Of a stretch of 64,000 bases of DNA, positions 32,683-44,600 are shown in pieces. The position numbers and the translations under genes are program-made. The stretch's first letter is position 1. Each line of letters begins with the position of its first letter. The DNA is from Kiloniellales bacterium. Lineage in GTDB: Bacteria > Pseudomonadota > Alphaproteobacteria > Kiloniellales > JAKSDN01. The stretch covers positions 19,189 to 83,188 of the forward strand of contig JBFJPL010000003.1 in the NCBI GenBank assembly GCA_041617155.1. Direction: 5' to 3'. Under the pieces are notes generated by a model that made no database searches, was not told where the DNA came from, and worked only from the letters and a program-made list of their open reading frames with translations.

Positions 32683-32735
32683 GTTCTCTTTTCATTCCGC
32701 TTTTTCGCTTGTTTTCATGAGAACAAAACGAGTAC
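32683..32735. promoter_or_regulatory. Two candidate alphaproteobacterial LexA (SOS) boxes upstream of recA
   Basis: GTTCTCTTTTCATTC (32683-32697) and GAACAAAACGAGTAC (32721-32735). Each has one mismatch to the direct-repeat GTTC-N7-GTTC / GAAC-N7-GAAC motif. They lie 50-100 nt upstream of the recA ATG. Confidence 0.4.
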
Positions 32736-32785
32736 ACTCGCATCCATTGCAGTCGCCCCGCACGTGAGATAAGAAAGGACCGGTC

Positions 32786-33877
32786 ATGTCGCAAAACGCC
32801 TTGCGTCTCGTCGAGAGGGAATCAGTGGATAAAACGAAGGCCTTGGAAGCCGCTTTGGGCCAGATCGAAAGGGCTTTCGGCAAGGGTTCGATCATGCGTC
32901 TCGGCGACGAGAAGGCGGTCGAGACCGAGGTTGTGCCGACTGGGTCGCTGGGCCTGGATATCGCGCTCGGCATCGGTGGCCTGCCGCGCGGGCGGGTGGT
33001 CGAGGTCTATGGGCCGGAAAGCTCCGGCAAGACGACGCTGGCGCTCCATGTGATCGCCGAGGCGCAGAAGCTCGGTGGCACCTGCGCCTTCGTCGATGCC
33101 GAGCACGCGCTCGATCCGGTTTACGCCGGCAAGCTGGGGGTCGATGTCGGCGAGCTCTTGATCTCGCAGCCCGATGCCGGCGAACAGGCTCTGGAGATTG
33201 CCGATACCCTGGTGCGATCCGGCGCGATCGACGTTCTGGTGATCGATTCCGTGGCCGCCCTGGTGCCGCGTGCCGAGCTGGAGGGGGAGATGGGCGACCA
33301 GCTCCCGGGGCTCCAGGCCCGGCTGATGAGCCAGGCCCTGCGCAAGCTGACCAGTTCGATCTCGAAGTCCAACACCATGGTGCTGTTCATCAACCAGATA
33401 CGCTACAAGATCGGCGTGATGTTCGGCAGCCCGGAGACCACGACCGGCGGCAACGCCTTGAAGTTCTACGCCTCGGTCCGGCTCGACATTCGGCGCATCG
33501 GGGCGATCAAGGACCGCGACGTCGTGGTCGGCAACCAGACCCGGGTCAAGGTGGTCAAGAACAAGATGGCGCCACCCTTCCGAGTGGTCGAGTTCGACAT
33601 CATGTACGGCGAAGGCGTGTCCAAGACCGGCGAGCTGATCGATCTCGGCGTTCAGGCCGGGATCGTCGAGAAGTCCGGTTCCTGGTTCTCCTTCAACGGC
33701 CAGAGGGTCGGACAGGGGCGCGAGAACGCCAAGAATTTCTTCAAGGAAAACCCGGAAATCGCCGCGAGCGTGGAACAGAAGATTCGCGAGAACGCCGGCT
33801 TGGTGGCGGCGGTCATGCTCGAAGGGCCGGAGCCCGGCGAATCGGACGCGGATCCGGAGACCGGCGCGGCCGGCTGA
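32786..33877 (+). CDS. recA: Recombinase RecA
   Basis: 363 aa. It carries [23 protein letters not shown]...[20 protein letters not shown]... Confidence 0.98.
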   Translation: MSQNALRLVERESVDKTKALEAALGQIERAFGKGSIMRLGDEKAVETEVVPTGSLGLDIALGIGGLPRGRVVEVYGPESSGKTTLALHVIAEAQKLGGTCAFVDAEHALDPVYAGKLGVDVGELLISQPDAGEQALEIADTLVRSGAIDVLVIDSVAALVPRAELEGEMGDQLPGLQARLMSQALRKLTSSISKSNTMVLFINQIRYKIGVMFGSPETTTGGNALKFYASVRLDIRRIGAIKDRDVVVGNQTRVKVVKNKMAPPFRVVEFDIMYGEGVSKTGELIDLGVQAGIVEKSGSWFSFNGQRVGQGRENAKNFFKENPEIAASVEQKIRENAGLVAAVMLEGPEPGESDADPETGAAG

Positions 33878-33948
33878 ATCGCCGGTCTCCCTCGGACCAT
33901 AGCTTGGTCGGCGGACGACCGGCTGATCATCGGATTTCAAGTGCGCTT

Positions 33949-33971
33949 GGCGAGGCCCCGGAGGCCTCGCC
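33949..33971 (+). terminator. Hairpin downstream of recA (possible terminator; weak U tract)
   Basis: GGCGAGGCC-CCGGA-GGCCTCGCC is a perfect 9-bp stem followed by TTCC. It lies 72 nt after the recA stop. Confidence 0.45.
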
Positions 33972-34135
33972 TTCCGCCGTCTTGGTGGCGGTTTTAGGGC
34001 GACCCGCGATCTGGACAGGCCGGGGCCGGCACGCTACATACTCCTGGCCGGTGGGCCAGCCATTCGGGGCCAAGAATGGAGCGATTCCAGCTTGGTCCGG
34101 GCGCGGCCCTAGCCGCCGCCGGAGTGGACAACGAC

Positions 34136-36808
34136 ATGACAACCGCCAACGAGATACGCAGCGCGTTTCTGCACTACTTCGCGCGCCACGGACATGAGAT
34201 CGTGGCCTCGTCGCCGCTGGTGCCGCACAATGACCCGACCCTCCTGTTCACCAACGCCGGCATGGTGCAGTTCAAGAACGTCTTCACCGGGGCCGAGACG
34301 CGGCCCTATCAGCGGGCGGTCACATCGCAGAAATGCGTGCGCGCGGGCGGCAAGCACAACGACCTGGAGAACGTCGGCTACACGGCGCGGCATCACACCT
34401 TCTTCGAGATGCTCGGCAATTTCTCCTTTGGCGACTACTTCAAGGACCTGGCGATCGAGCTGGCCTGGAATCTGGTGACCAAAGAGTACGGCCTCGATCC
34501 CAAGCGCCTGCTGGTCACGGTCTATGCCGAGGACGAGGAGGCGGCCAAGCTGTGGCACAAGATCGCCGGCCTGCCGGAAAAGCGGATCATCCGCATCGCG
34601 ACCTCCGACAACTTCTGGGCCATGGGCGAGACCGGGCCCTGCGGGCCCTGTTCCGAGATCTTCTACGACCATGGACCGGAGATCGCCGGCGGCCCGCCGG
34701 GCAGCTCGGACCAGGACGGCGACCGCTTCGTCGAGATCTGGAATCTGGTGTTCATGCAGTTCGAGCAGCGCGCGCCCGGCGAGCGGGTCGAGCTGCCCAA
34801 GCCCTCGATCGACACCGGCATGGGCCTGGAGCGGATCGCCGCGGTCCTGCAGGGCAAGCACGACAACTACGACACCGATCTGATGCGCGCGCTGATCGAG
34901 GCCTCGGCCGAGGCTTCCGGCCAGGCGCCCGACGGGCCGCACGCGGTCTCCCACCGGGTGATCGCCGACCATCTGCGGGCGACCGCCTTCCTGATCGCGG
35001 ACGGTGTCCAACCGTCCAACGAGGGGCGCGGCTACGTGCTGCGCCGGATTATGCGCCGGGCCATGCGCCACGTGCACAAGCTGGGCGTCAAGGACACCAT
35101 GATCTGGCGCCTGGTGCCGGTTCTGGTGGCGCAGATGGGCCAACACTTCGGTGAGCTGCAGCGCGCCGAGGCACACGTTACCGCGACGCTCAGGCAGGAG
35201 GAGAGCAACTTCAACCGCACGCTCGACCGCGGCCTCAAGCTGCTCGGCGAGGAGACCGCGAAGCTGGGCAAGGGCAAGGCGCTGCCCGGCGAGGTCGCCT
35301 TCAAGCTCTATGACACCTTCGGCTTCCCGCTCGACCTGACCCAGGACATCCTGCGCGGGCAGGGCGGCAGCGTCGACACCGCCGGCTTCGATGCCGCCAT
35401 GAAGCGTCAGAAGGAGCAGGCCAAGAAGGCCTGGGCCGGATCCGGCGACGCCGCCACCGAGTCCCAGTGGTTCGACCTGCGCGACCGCCTTGGCGCGACC
35501 GAGTTCCTGGGCTACGCCACCGAGGTGGCCGAGGGCCAGGTCCTGGCGCTATTGAAGGACGGCAAGGAGGTCAAGAAGGCCAAGGCGGGCGCCGCGGTCC
35601 AGGTGCTGGTCAACCAGACGCCCTTCTACGGCGAATCGGGTGGCCAGATCGGCGACACCGGAGTGTTCTTCAGCGCCGGCGGCGCGGAGCTCAGGATCGA
35701 CGATACCCAGAAGAAGCTGGGCGATCTGCACGTCCACATGGGCGAGGTCACGGGCGGCGAAATCGCCGTCGGCGACGTGGTCGAGATGCGCATCGACGGC
35801 CGGCGCCGGGCCGGCCTGCGCGCCCACCACTCGGCGACCCACCTGCTGCACGAAGCCCTGCGCCAGCGCCTGGGCGATCACGTGACCCAGAAGGGCTCGC
35901 TGGTCGCGCCCGACCGCCTGCGTTTCGACATCTCCCACCCCAAACCATTGACCGCCGAGGACATCCGCGCGGTCGAGGAGATGGTCAACGAGCGGATCCG
36001 CGAGAACGCGGCGGTCACCACCCGATTCATGACGCCGGACGAGGCGGTCGAGGCCGGCGCTCTGGCCCTGTTCGGCGAGAAGTATGGCGAGGAGGTGCGT
36101 GTCGTCTCCATGGGCGGCCCCGACTCGAAAAAGGGCGCCGACCAGGAATTCTCGACCGAGCTGTGCGGCGGCACCCACGTCAAGCGCACCGGCGATATCG
36201 GATTGCTGAAGATCGTCGGTGAGAGCGCGCTGGCCGCCGGCGTGCGGCGCATCGAGGCGGTCGCCGGGGCGGCGGCTCTCGCCACGTTCGCGCAGATCGA
36301 GGCGCAGCTCGGCCAGGCCGCGGCGCGCCTGAAGGTGGCGCCGCAGGACCTGGCCGGCCGGATCGACGACCTGTTGGGGGAGCGCAAGCGCCTGGAGCGT
36401 GAGTTGAGCGATCTGCGCAAGAAGCTGGCGACCGGCGCCGGCGGCAACGGCGCGGCGGCGCCCGCCGAGGCGCGCGAGGTGGGCGGCGTCAAATTTGCCG
36501 CCCGCGTTCTGGCAGACGTGCCGGCGAAAGATCTGAAACCCCTGGCCGACGAGATGAAGAGTCGGATCGGCTCGGGCGTCGTGGCGCTGGTCTCGGTCAA
36601 CGACAGCCGGGCCTCGCTCGTGGTTGGTGTGACCCCCGACCTGACCGGCCGGGTCTCGGCGATCGATCTGGTGCGGGTCGGCTCCCAGGCGGTCGGTGGC
36701 AAGGGCGGCGGCGGGCGGCCCGATATGGCCCAGGCCGGCGGACCGGACGGCGCGGCCGCACAAGCGGCGCTCAACGCGATTGAGGGAGCGCTCGCTGGAG
36801 CTGCCTGA
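34136..36808 (+). CDS. alaS: Alanine--tRNA ligase
   Basis: 890 aa from ATG 34136 ([47 protein letters not shown]). The 20 upstream codons of the track ORF are not conserved-looking. Confidence 0.97.
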   Translation: MTTANEIRSAFLHYFARHGHEIVASSPLVPHNDPTLLFTNAGMVQFKNVFTGAETRPYQRAVTSQKCVRAGGKHNDLENVGYTARHHTFFEMLGNFSFGDYFKDLAIELAWNLVTKEYGLDPKRLLVTVYAEDEEAAKLWHKIAGLPEKRIIRIATSDNFWAMGETGPCGPCSEIFYDHGPEIAGGPPGSSDQDGDRFVEIWNLVFMQFEQRAPGERVELPKPSIDTGMGLERIAAVLQGKHDNYDTDLMRALIEASAEASGQAPDGPHAVSHRVIADHLRATAFLIADGVQPSNEGRGYVLRRIMRRAMRHVHKLGVKDTMIWRLVPVLVAQMGQHFGELQRAEAHVTATLRQEESNFNRTLDRGLKLLGEETAKLGKGKALPGEVAFKLYDTFGFPLDLTQDILRGQGGSVDTAGFDAAMKRQKEQAKKAWAGSGDAATESQWFDLRDRLGATEFLGYATEVAEGQVLALLKDGKEVKKAKAGAAVQVLVNQTPFYGESGGQIGDTGVFFSAGGAELRIDDTQKKLGDLHVHMGEVTGGEIAVGDVVEMRIDGRRRAGLRAHHSATHLLHEALRQRLGDHVTQKGSLVAPDRLRFDISHPKPLTAEDIRAVEEMVNERIRENAAVTTRFMTPDEAVEAGALALFGEKYGEEVRVVSMGGPDSKKGADQEFSTELCGGTHVKRTGDIGLLKIVGESALAAGVRRIEAVAGAAALATFAQIEAQLGQAAARLKVAPQDLAGRIDDLLGERKRLERELSDLRKKLATGAGGNGAAAPAEAREVGGVKFAARVLADVPAKDLKPLADEMKSRIGSGVVALVSVNDSRASLVVGVTPDLTGRVSAIDLVRVGSQAVGGKGGGGRPDMAQAGGPDGAAAQAALNAIEGALAGAA

Positions 36809-36981
36809 CCGTGCAGGCGAAAGCCTTGATTCGACCCCGGGTGATGGGAATGATGTCGCACATACTGGAATTGACAGCTTCCCGGCGGCGTGGCTAGCTA
36901 GGCCATCAGACAATTACCGACCCCGGTGCCCGATACCGGGGTCTCAGCAAAGAACAAGCAATCTCAGCTAGGGAGGCTTCA

Positions 36982-38571
36982 GTGAAGAGCAATGTTTTCA
37001 CGGCTTCGGTCGTCGCGGCCGCAACACTGGCTTTTGCGGCGACGGCCCAGGCCAAGACCTTGGTTTACTGCTCGGAGGGCAGCCCCGAGGGTTTCAATCC
37101 GTCGCTCTATACCGCGGGCACGACATTCGACGCCTCGTCCCGCCCGATCTTCAACCGCTTGGTCGAGTTCGAGCGCGGTACCACCAAGATCGTCCCGGCG
37201 CTGGCCGAGTCCTGGACCGTCTCGAGTGACGGCCTGCAGTACACCTTCAAGCTGCGCAAGGGCGTCAAGTTCCATACGACCAAGGAGTTCACGCCGAGCC
37301 GCGACTTCAACGCGGACGACGTCATTTACAGCTTCGAGCGCCAGCTCAAGGCCGACCACCCCTACCACAAGGTCTCGGGCGGCTCCTACGAGTACTTCAA
37401 CGGCATGGGCATGCCGGACCTCTTGAAGTCGATCGACAAGCTCGACGACCACACGGTCCGTTTCGTGCTGACCAAGCCGGAGGCGCCCTTCATCGCCAAT
37501 CTGGGCATGGACTTCGCCTCGATCCAGTCGGCCGAGTACGCCGACAAGATGGCCAAGGCCGGCACACCCGAGCAGGTCGACCTGAAACCGGTCGGCACCG
37601 GCCCATTCCAGCTGGTCGCCTACCAGAAGGACGCGGTCATCCGCTACCAGGCGCACCCGGACTACTGGGCCGGCAGGGCCAAGATCGGTGGTCTGATCTA
37701 CGCCATCACGCCGGATCCCTCGGTGCGCTACCAGAAGCTCAAGGCCGGCGAATGTCATGTCATGCCCTATCCGAATCCGGCAGATATCGAAGCCATGCGC
37801 AAGGACCCGGACGTCAAGCTGTTGGAGCAGGAAGGGCTCAACGTCGGCTACCTGGCCTTCAACACCGAGAAGAAGCCGTTCACCGACAAGCGCGTGCGCC
37901 AGGCCCTCAACATGGCGATCGACAAGGGCGCGATCATCGACGTCGTGTTCCAGGGCGCCGGCAAGGCGGCCAAGAACCCGATCCCGCCGACCATCTGGTC
38001 CTACAACGACGCGACCCGAGACTATCCCTACGACCCGAACAAGGCGAAAGCCCTGCTCGCCGAGGCCGGAGTCAAGAACCTCAAGACCAACATCTGGGCC
38101 ATGCCCGTGCAGCGGCCCTACAATCCCAACGCCAAGCGCATGGCGGAGCTGATCCAGGCCGACTGGGCCAAGGTTGGCGTCGAGGCCGAAATCGTCACCT
38201 TCGAGTGGGGTGAGTACCTCAAGCGCTCGAAGCAGGGCGAGCACGAGACCGTGCTGCTCGGCTGGACCGGCGACAACGGCGATCCGGACAACTTCCTCTA
38301 CGTGCTGCTGAGCTGCGATGCCGCTTCGGGCGCCAATCGGGCGCGCTGGTGCTACAAGCCGTTCGACGATTTGCTGCGCAAGGCCAAGCAGATTTCCGAC
38401 GTGGCCGAGCGCACCAAGCTTTACGAGCAGGCCCAGCTGATCTTCAAGGAGGAGGCGCCCTGGGTGACGATCGCCCACTCGGTGGTCTTCATGCCGGTGC
38501 GCAACGAGGTCGTCGACTACAAGATCGATCCCTTCGGCGGCCACGTCTTCTACGGTGTGGACCTCAAGTAA
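36982..38571 (+). CDS. dppA: Dipeptide ABC transporter substrate-binding protein
   Basis: 529 aa with a signal peptide. KTLVYCSEGSPEGFNPSLYTAGTTFDASSRPIFNRLVEFERGTTKIVPALAESW closely follows E. coli DppA. Confidence 0.9.
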   Translation: MKSNVFTASVVAAATLAFAATAQAKTLVYCSEGSPEGFNPSLYTAGTTFDASSRPIFNRLVEFERGTTKIVPALAESWTVSSDGLQYTFKLRKGVKFHTTKEFTPSRDFNADDVIYSFERQLKADHPYHKVSGGSYEYFNGMGMPDLLKSIDKLDDHTVRFVLTKPEAPFIANLGMDFASIQSAEYADKMAKAGTPEQVDLKPVGTGPFQLVAYQKDAVIRYQAHPDYWAGRAKIGGLIYAITPDPSVRYQKLKAGECHVMPYPNPADIEAMRKDPDVKLLEQEGLNVGYLAFNTEKKPFTDKRVRQALNMAIDKGAIIDVVFQGAGKAAKNPIPPTIWSYNDATRDYPYDPNKAKALLAEAGVKNLKTNIWAMPVQRPYNPNAKRMAELIQADWAKVGVEAEIVTFEWGEYLKRSKQGEHETVLLGWTGDNGDPDNFLYVLLSCDAASGANRARWCYKPFDDLLRKAKQISDVAERTKLYEQAQLIFKEEAPWVTIAHSVVFMPVRNEVVDYKIDPFGGHVFYGVDLK

Positions 38572-38653
38572 AGGCCATGCTGCCGGAATGAACTGACGAC
38601 GCGGGAGAGGCCCGCCTTGCCTCTCCCGCGCCCGGTTCCCGAGGGGTCCGGAG

Positions 38654-39664
38654 ATGCTGCGCTTCATCCTGTCCCGCGTCGGCCTGCTGATTCCGACCTT
38701 TATCGGGGTCACGCTGATCGCGTTTTCCTTCATCCGCCTGGTGCCCGGCGACCCGATCGAGCTCCTGGTCGGCGAGCGCGGAATCGATCCGGAGCGTCAT
38801 GCCCAACTGTTGCACGAAATGGGCTTCGACCGGCCGTGGTACGTCCAGTATGGCGATTTTCTCGGCAGCGTGCTGCAGGGCGACCTGGGCCGTTCGATCG
38901 TCACCAAGAAGCCGGTCTTCACCGAGTTCCTCGAGCTCTTTCCGGCGACCATCGAGCTGTCGATCTTCGCCCTGGCCTTCGCCATCCTGATCGGCTTGCC
39001 GATCGGCATCCTGGCCGGGGTGAAGCGCGGCACGGCCTTCGACCACACCTCCATGACCCTGTCGCTGACCGGCTATTCCATGCCGATCTTCTGGTGGGCC
39101 TTGCTGCTGATCATCCTGTTTTCCGGCATCTTGAAATGGACACCGGTCTCCGGGCGCATCGACGTGCTCTACTTCGTCCAGCCGGTCACCGGATTCATGC
39201 TGATCGACACGCTGTTGTCGGACGAGGAGGGGGCCTTCGCCTCGGCGCTCAGTCATCTGATTCTGCCGTCGATCGCGCTCGGCACCATCCCCATGGCGGT
39301 GATCGCCCGGCAAACCCGGTCGGCCATGCTCGAGGTGCTGGGCGAGGACTACGTGCGCACCGCGCGGGCCAAGGGGCTGCCGCCGATGCGGGTGATCGGC
39401 CTGCACGCCTTGCGCAACGCCCTCATCCCGGTGGTGACGGTGATCGGCCTGCAGACCGGCACGCTCTTGGCCGGCGCCATCCTGACCGAGACGATCTTCG
39501 CCTGGCCGGGGATCGGCAAGTGGCTGTTCGATTCGATCAGCCGGCGCGACTATCCTTCCGTGCAGGGCGGCCTGCTGCTGATCGCCGTGCTGGTCATGAT
39601 GGTCAACCTTCTGGTCGACCTGCTCTATGGTTTGATCAATCCCCGAATCCGGCACGCGAGGTAA
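38654..39664 (+). CDS. dppB: Dipeptide ABC transporter permease
   Basis: 336 aa. MLRFILSRVGLLIPTFIGVTLIAFSFIRLVPGDPIELL is typical of DppB/OppB. Confidence 0.88.
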   Translation: MLRFILSRVGLLIPTFIGVTLIAFSFIRLVPGDPIELLVGERGIDPERHAQLLHEMGFDRPWYVQYGDFLGSVLQGDLGRSIVTKKPVFTEFLELFPATIELSIFALAFAILIGLPIGILAGVKRGTAFDHTSMTLSLTGYSMPIFWWALLLIILFSGILKWTPVSGRIDVLYFVQPVTGFMLIDTLLSDEEGAFASALSHLILPSIALGTIPMAVIARQTRSAMLEVLGEDYVRTARAKGLPPMRVIGLHALRNALIPVVTVIGLQTGTLLAGAILTETIFAWPGIGKWLFDSISRRDYPSVQGGLLLIAVLVMMVNLLVDLLYGLINPRIRHAR

Positions 39665-39668
39665 CGGC

Positions 39669-40571
39669 GTGACCACGACCGCCGAGACAGCCCGAATCGC
39701 GGAGGCGCCGCTCTCGCCGCTGGGCGAGTTCTGGCATTATTTCAGCGAGAACAACGGCGCCGTGGCGGGGCTGTCGGTGGTTGTCATGCTGATCCTTGTG
39801 GCCGTCTTCGCCGACGTCATCGCGCCCTATTCGCCCTACGAGCAGTACCGCGATGCCCTGCTGCAGCCGCCGTTCTGGCAAGCGGGCGGCGGCTTCGACC
39901 ACATTCTGGGCACCGACGCGACCGGACGCGACATCTTCTCGCGCATCATCCACGGCTCGCGGCTCTCGCTGCTGATCGGCTGCATCGCCGTCACCCTGTC
40001 GTTCTCCGTGGGCGTCTCACTGGGCCTGGTGGCCGCTTTCTTCCGGACCGTGGCGGACACGCTCATCATGCGCCTGATGGACGTCATCCTGGCGGTGCCG
40101 AGCCTGCTGCTGGCCCTGGTCATCGTTGCCATCTTGGGTCCCGGCCTGGTCAACGCCATGATCGCCGTGGCGGTCGTCTATGTTCCGGCCTTCGTGCGCC
40201 TGACCCGCGCCTCGGCGATGAACGAGCTGGCCAAGGACTACGTGACCGCCAGCCGGGTCAACGGCGCCGGGCTGTTCCGGCTGATGCTGGTCACCGTGCT
40301 GCCCAACTGCATGCCGCCGCTGATCGTCCAGGCCACGCTCAGCTTCTCGACCGCCGTTCTGGACGCCGCGGCACTCGGTTTCCTCGGCATGGGCGCCCAG
40401 CCGCCGACGCCGGAGTGGGGCGCCATGCTGGCCGATGCCCGCGAGTTCATCCTGCGCGCCTGGTGGGTCGTGACCTTCCCGGGCCTGGCCATCCTGATCA
40501 CCGTGCTGGCCATCAACCTGATGGGCGACGGCCTGCGCGACGCGCTCGACCCGAAACTGAAACGGAGCTAG
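39669..40571 (+). CDS. dppC: Dipeptide ABC transporter permease
   Basis: 300 aa. HILGTDATGRDIFSRIIHGSRLSLLIG is the DppC/OppC pattern. Confidence 0.88.
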   Translation: MTTTAETARIAEAPLSPLGEFWHYFSENNGAVAGLSVVVMLILVAVFADVIAPYSPYEQYRDALLQPPFWQAGGGFDHILGTDATGRDIFSRIIHGSRLSLLIGCIAVTLSFSVGVSLGLVAAFFRTVADTLIMRLMDVILAVPSLLLALVIVAILGPGLVNAMIAVAVVYVPAFVRLTRASAMNELAKDYVTASRVNGAGLFRLMLVTVLPNCMPPLIVQATLSFSTAVLDAAALGFLGMGAQPPTPEWGAMLADAREFILRAWWVVTFPGLAILITVLAINLMGDGLRDALDPKLKRS

Positions 40572-40577
40572 AGGGCC

Positions 40578-41569
<992 letters not shown>

Positions 41570-41573
<4 letters not shown>

Positions 41574-42553
41574 GCGCCGCGAAAGGCGAACAGGTGCTCG
41601 AGGCGGTCGATCTGGCGCGCCACTACAACGTCAAGCTCGGCCTGTTCGGCGGTCGCGCCACGGTCAAGGCGCTGGCCAACGCGAGCTTCAAGCTGGCGGC
41701 CGGCGAGACGCTTGCCGTGGTCGGCGAATCGGGCTGCGGCAAGTCGACCCTGGCCCGGCTGGTCACCTTGATCGAGCCGCCGACCTCCGGCCATTTGCTG
41801 ATCGACGGCGTCGACGTGGCCAAGGCCGGCGACGAGGAGCGCCGCAGGCTGCGCCGGGCCGTCCAGATCGTCTTCCAGGACCCTTACGGCTCGCTCAACC
41901 CGCGCAAGAAGGTCGGCACCATCATCGAGGAACCGGTGCTGATCAATACCAAGCAGAGCGCTGCCGAACGGCGCGAGCGGGCCGAGGCGATGATGGCCAA
42001 GGTCGGCCTGCGGCCCGAGCACTACAGCCGCTATCCGCACATGTTCTCGGGCGGTCAGCGCCAGCGCATCGCGGTGGCGCGCGCGCTCATGCTGCAGCCG
42101 CGGATCCTGGTCGCCGACGAGCCGGTCTCGGCGCTCGACGTCTCGATCCAGGCCCAGGTGCTCAATCTGCTGATGGATCTGCAGGAGGAGTTCGCGCTGG
42201 CCTATCTCTTCATCTCTCACGACCTCGGCGTAGTCCGGCACATCGCCGACGATGTCATGGTGATGTACCTGGGCCGGCCGGTCGAACACGGCCCGCGCGA
42301 GGCCATCTTCGCCAAGCCGGCGCACCCTTACACGCGGGCGCTTCTGGCCTCCACGCCGGCGGTCGATCCCAAGCACCGCGGCGCGCGCATCGAGCTCAAG
42401 GGCGAACTGCCCTCGCCGCTCGATCCGCCGTCCGGCTGTGCCTTTCACAAGCGCTGCCCCTACGCGACCGAGATCTGCGGCCAAGAGCGCCCGAAGCTGC
42501 GGCCCTTCGAAGGCCGCGACGTCGCCTGCCACCACGCCGAAACGCTCGGGTAG
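41570..42553 (+). CDS. dppF: Dipeptide ABC transporter ATP-binding protein
   Basis: 327 aa from GTG 41570, which overlaps the dppD stop (GTGA). It has Walker [10 protein letters not shown] and signature FSGGQRQR. The remainder of track ORF 40415..42553 is an out-of-frame shadow over dppD. Confidence 0.88.
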
Positions 42554-42597
42554 ACGCCAGTCACTCCCGGCGAGCGAGGGTATCCTGTTTGCTCAGG

Positions 42598-43155
42598 CTA
42601 TTCCTTGATGTCGGCTTGGATGCGCATGCGGACGATCTTGTCCGGGTCGTCGACCGCACCGCTCTGGCGGCCCGGCGGGGCTTTCTTGATCCGGTCGACC
42701 GCATCCATGCCGTCGATCACCTTGCCCCAGACCGTATACTTTTTGTTCAGGAACTGGGCGTCGTCGAACACGATGAAGAACTGGCTGTCGGCGCTGTTGG
42801 GGCTCTGCGCGCGGGCCATGCCGACGACGCCGCGCACGAAGGGCTCGGCGGTGAACTCGGCGGGGATTTTCTGCCCCGAGCCGCCGCGTCCGGTGCCCGT
42901 GGGGTCACCGGTCTGGGCCATGAAGCCCTCCATCACGCGGTGGAACACCACGCCGTCGTAGAAGCCCTGGCGGGTCAGCTCCCGGATCCGCTCGACATGC
43001 TTCGGCGCCAGGTCCGGCAGCATCTCGATGGTCACGGTGCCGTCGGCCAGCTCCATGATCAGGACGTTTTCGGGATCGGTCTCCGACCGCGATTCGGTGG
43101 CTGCTGAGGTCATGGCGAGGCCCAATGCTATGAGGAAGGTCGAGAAGAGTTTCAT
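42598..43155 (-). CDS. ppiA: Periplasmic cyclophilin-type peptidyl-prolyl cis-trans isomerase
   Basis: 185 aa with a signal peptide. It carries FYDGVVFHRVMEGFMAQTGDPTGTGRGGSG...NSADSQFFIVF...KYTVWGKVIDGMD. Confidence 0.9.
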   Translation of the reverse strand: MKLFSTFLIALGLAMTSAATESRSETDPENVLIMELADGTVTIEMLPDLAPKHVERIRELTRQGFYDGVVFHRVMEGFMAQTGDPTGTGRGGSGQKIPAEFTAEPFVRGVVGMARAQSPNSADSQFFIVFDDAQFLNKKYTVWGKVIDGMDAVDRIKKAPPGRQSGAVDDPDKIVRMRIQADIKE

Positions 43156-43184
43156 GGCGGATATCCAGGCTCACGGCGATGGGG

Positions 43185-44399
43185 TCAACCCATGGCCTTT
43201 TGGAGGTTTTCGTCCAACTTATCCATGAACTGGCCGGTCGTCAGCCACTTCTGGTCGGGTGAGATCAACAGGGCGAGGTCCTTGGTCATGTCGCCGGACT
43301 CGACCGTGTCGACGCAGACCCGCTCGAGCAGCTTGGCGAAGTCGACCACCTCCGGCGTGCCGTCGAACTCGCCCCGGTAGGCGAGGCCGCGGGTCCAGGC
43401 GAAGATCGAGGCGATCGGGTTGGTCGAGGTGTCCCGGCCCTGCTGGTGCAGGCGATAGTGCCGGGTCACCGTGCCGTGGGCCGCTTCGGCCTCGATCGTC
43501 TTGCCGTCGGGCGTCATCAGCACCGAGGTCATCAGCCCGAGCGAGCCGAAGCCCTGGGCCACCGTGTCGGACTGGACGTCGCCGTCGTAGTTCTTACAGG
43601 CCCAGACGAAGCCGCCCGACCATTTCATCGCGGCGGCCACCATGTCGTCGATCAGCCGGTGCTCGTAGGTGATCTTCTTGGCCGCGAACTTGTCCTGGAA
43701 TTCTTGGTCGAAGATCTCCTGGAAGAGGTCCTTGAAGCGGCCGTCGTAAGCCTTGAGGATGGTGTTCTTGGTCGAGAGGTAGAGCGGCCAGCCGAGCCCC
43801 AGCGCGTAGTTCATGCAGGCCCGCGCGAAGCCGCGGATCGATTCGTCGAGGTTGTACATGCCCATGGCGACGCCGGGCTCGGGAAAATCGAAGACCTCGC
43901 GGCTGATCGGCTCGCCGCCGTCCGCCGGCGTGAAGGTCAAGGTCAGCTTGCCCGGGCCCGGCACCAGGAAATCGGTCGCCCGGTACTGGTCGCCGAAGGC
44001 GTGGCGCCCGATCACGATGGGCTCGGTCCAGCCGGGCACGAGCCGCGGCACGTTCTGCATGATGATCGGCTGGCGGAACACCGTGCCGCCCAGGATGTTG
44101 CGGATCGTGCCGTTGGGCGAGCGCCACATCTTCTTCAAACCGAACTCCTCGACCCGGGCTTCGTCCGGGGTGATGGTCGCGCACTTGACGCCGACGCCGT
44201 ACCGCTGGATGGCGTTGGCCGAGTCGATGGTGATCTGGTCGTCGCTCCGGTCCCGGCTCTGGATCGATAGGTCGAAGTACTTCAGGTCGACGTCGAGATA
44301 GGGCTGGATCAGCTTCTCCTTGATCATCGCCCAGATGATCCGCGTCATCTCGTCGCCGTCCAGCTCGACGATCGGATTCTTGACCTTGATCTTGGCCAT
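43185..44399 (-). CDS. icd: NADP-dependent isocitrate dehydrogenase (about 404-aa dimeric IDH1-like type)
   Basis: [23 protein letters not shown]... GGAGG lies 5 nt upstream of ATG 44399, and the track start is 5 codons further upstream. Confidence 0.93.
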   Translation of the reverse strand: MAKIKVKNPIVELDGDEMTRIIWAMIKEKLIQPYLDVDLKYFDLSIQSRDRSDDQITIDSANAIQRYGVGVKCATITPDEARVEEFGLKKMWRSPNGTIRNILGGTVFRQPIIMQNVPRLVPGWTEPIVIGRHAFGDQYRATDFLVPGPGKLTLTFTPADGGEPISREVFDFPEPGVAMGMYNLDESIRGFARACMNYALGLGWPLYLSTKNTILKAYDGRFKDLFQEIFDQEFQDKFAAKKITYEHRLIDDMVAAAMKWSGGFVWACKNYDGDVQSDTVAQGFGSLGLMTSVLMTPDGKTIEAEAAHGTVTRHYRLHQQGRDTSTNPIASIFAWTRGLAYRGEFDGTPEVVDFAKLLERVCVDTVESGDMTKDLALLISPDQKWLTTGQFMDKLDENLQKAMG

Positions 44400-44600
44400 C
44401 GATGCCTCCGCCACTCAGACCCGGGGTGCCGCGCTTACCGGCGCGCCTTTGCGCGGCAAGATAACAGCCTTTGCCGGCAGCGCAAGTCAGGCGCGCGGTG
44501 CGGAAAGGACCTTCGATAGAAGAGCCGTGCGGCCGGAAGCGCTAAGCCACTTTACCGGTCCGCGCGGCGATTGGAACAGTCCGGATCCAGGCGACCCACT

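Noticed and set aside
36919-36943. Perfect 8-bp hairpin GACCCCGG-N9-CCGGGGTC between alaS and dppA, considered as the alaS terminator
   Set aside because: No U tract follows. It lies downstream of a possible dppA promoter (TTGACA-N17-CTAGCT at about 36871-36899), so its role as terminator or 5'-UTR structure cannot be decided from sequence.
34109-38733. Antisense ORFs over alaS and dppA (34109-35176, 35549-36913, 36979-38733)
   Set aside because: The opposite strand encodes highly conserved AlaRS and DppA. These ORFs are low-complexity GC artefacts. The same applies to 40415-41569 (out-of-frame over dppD), 41251-43107, 41522-42535, 43446-44270, 55055-56236, 56771-57571, 59335-61227 and 61037-62470.
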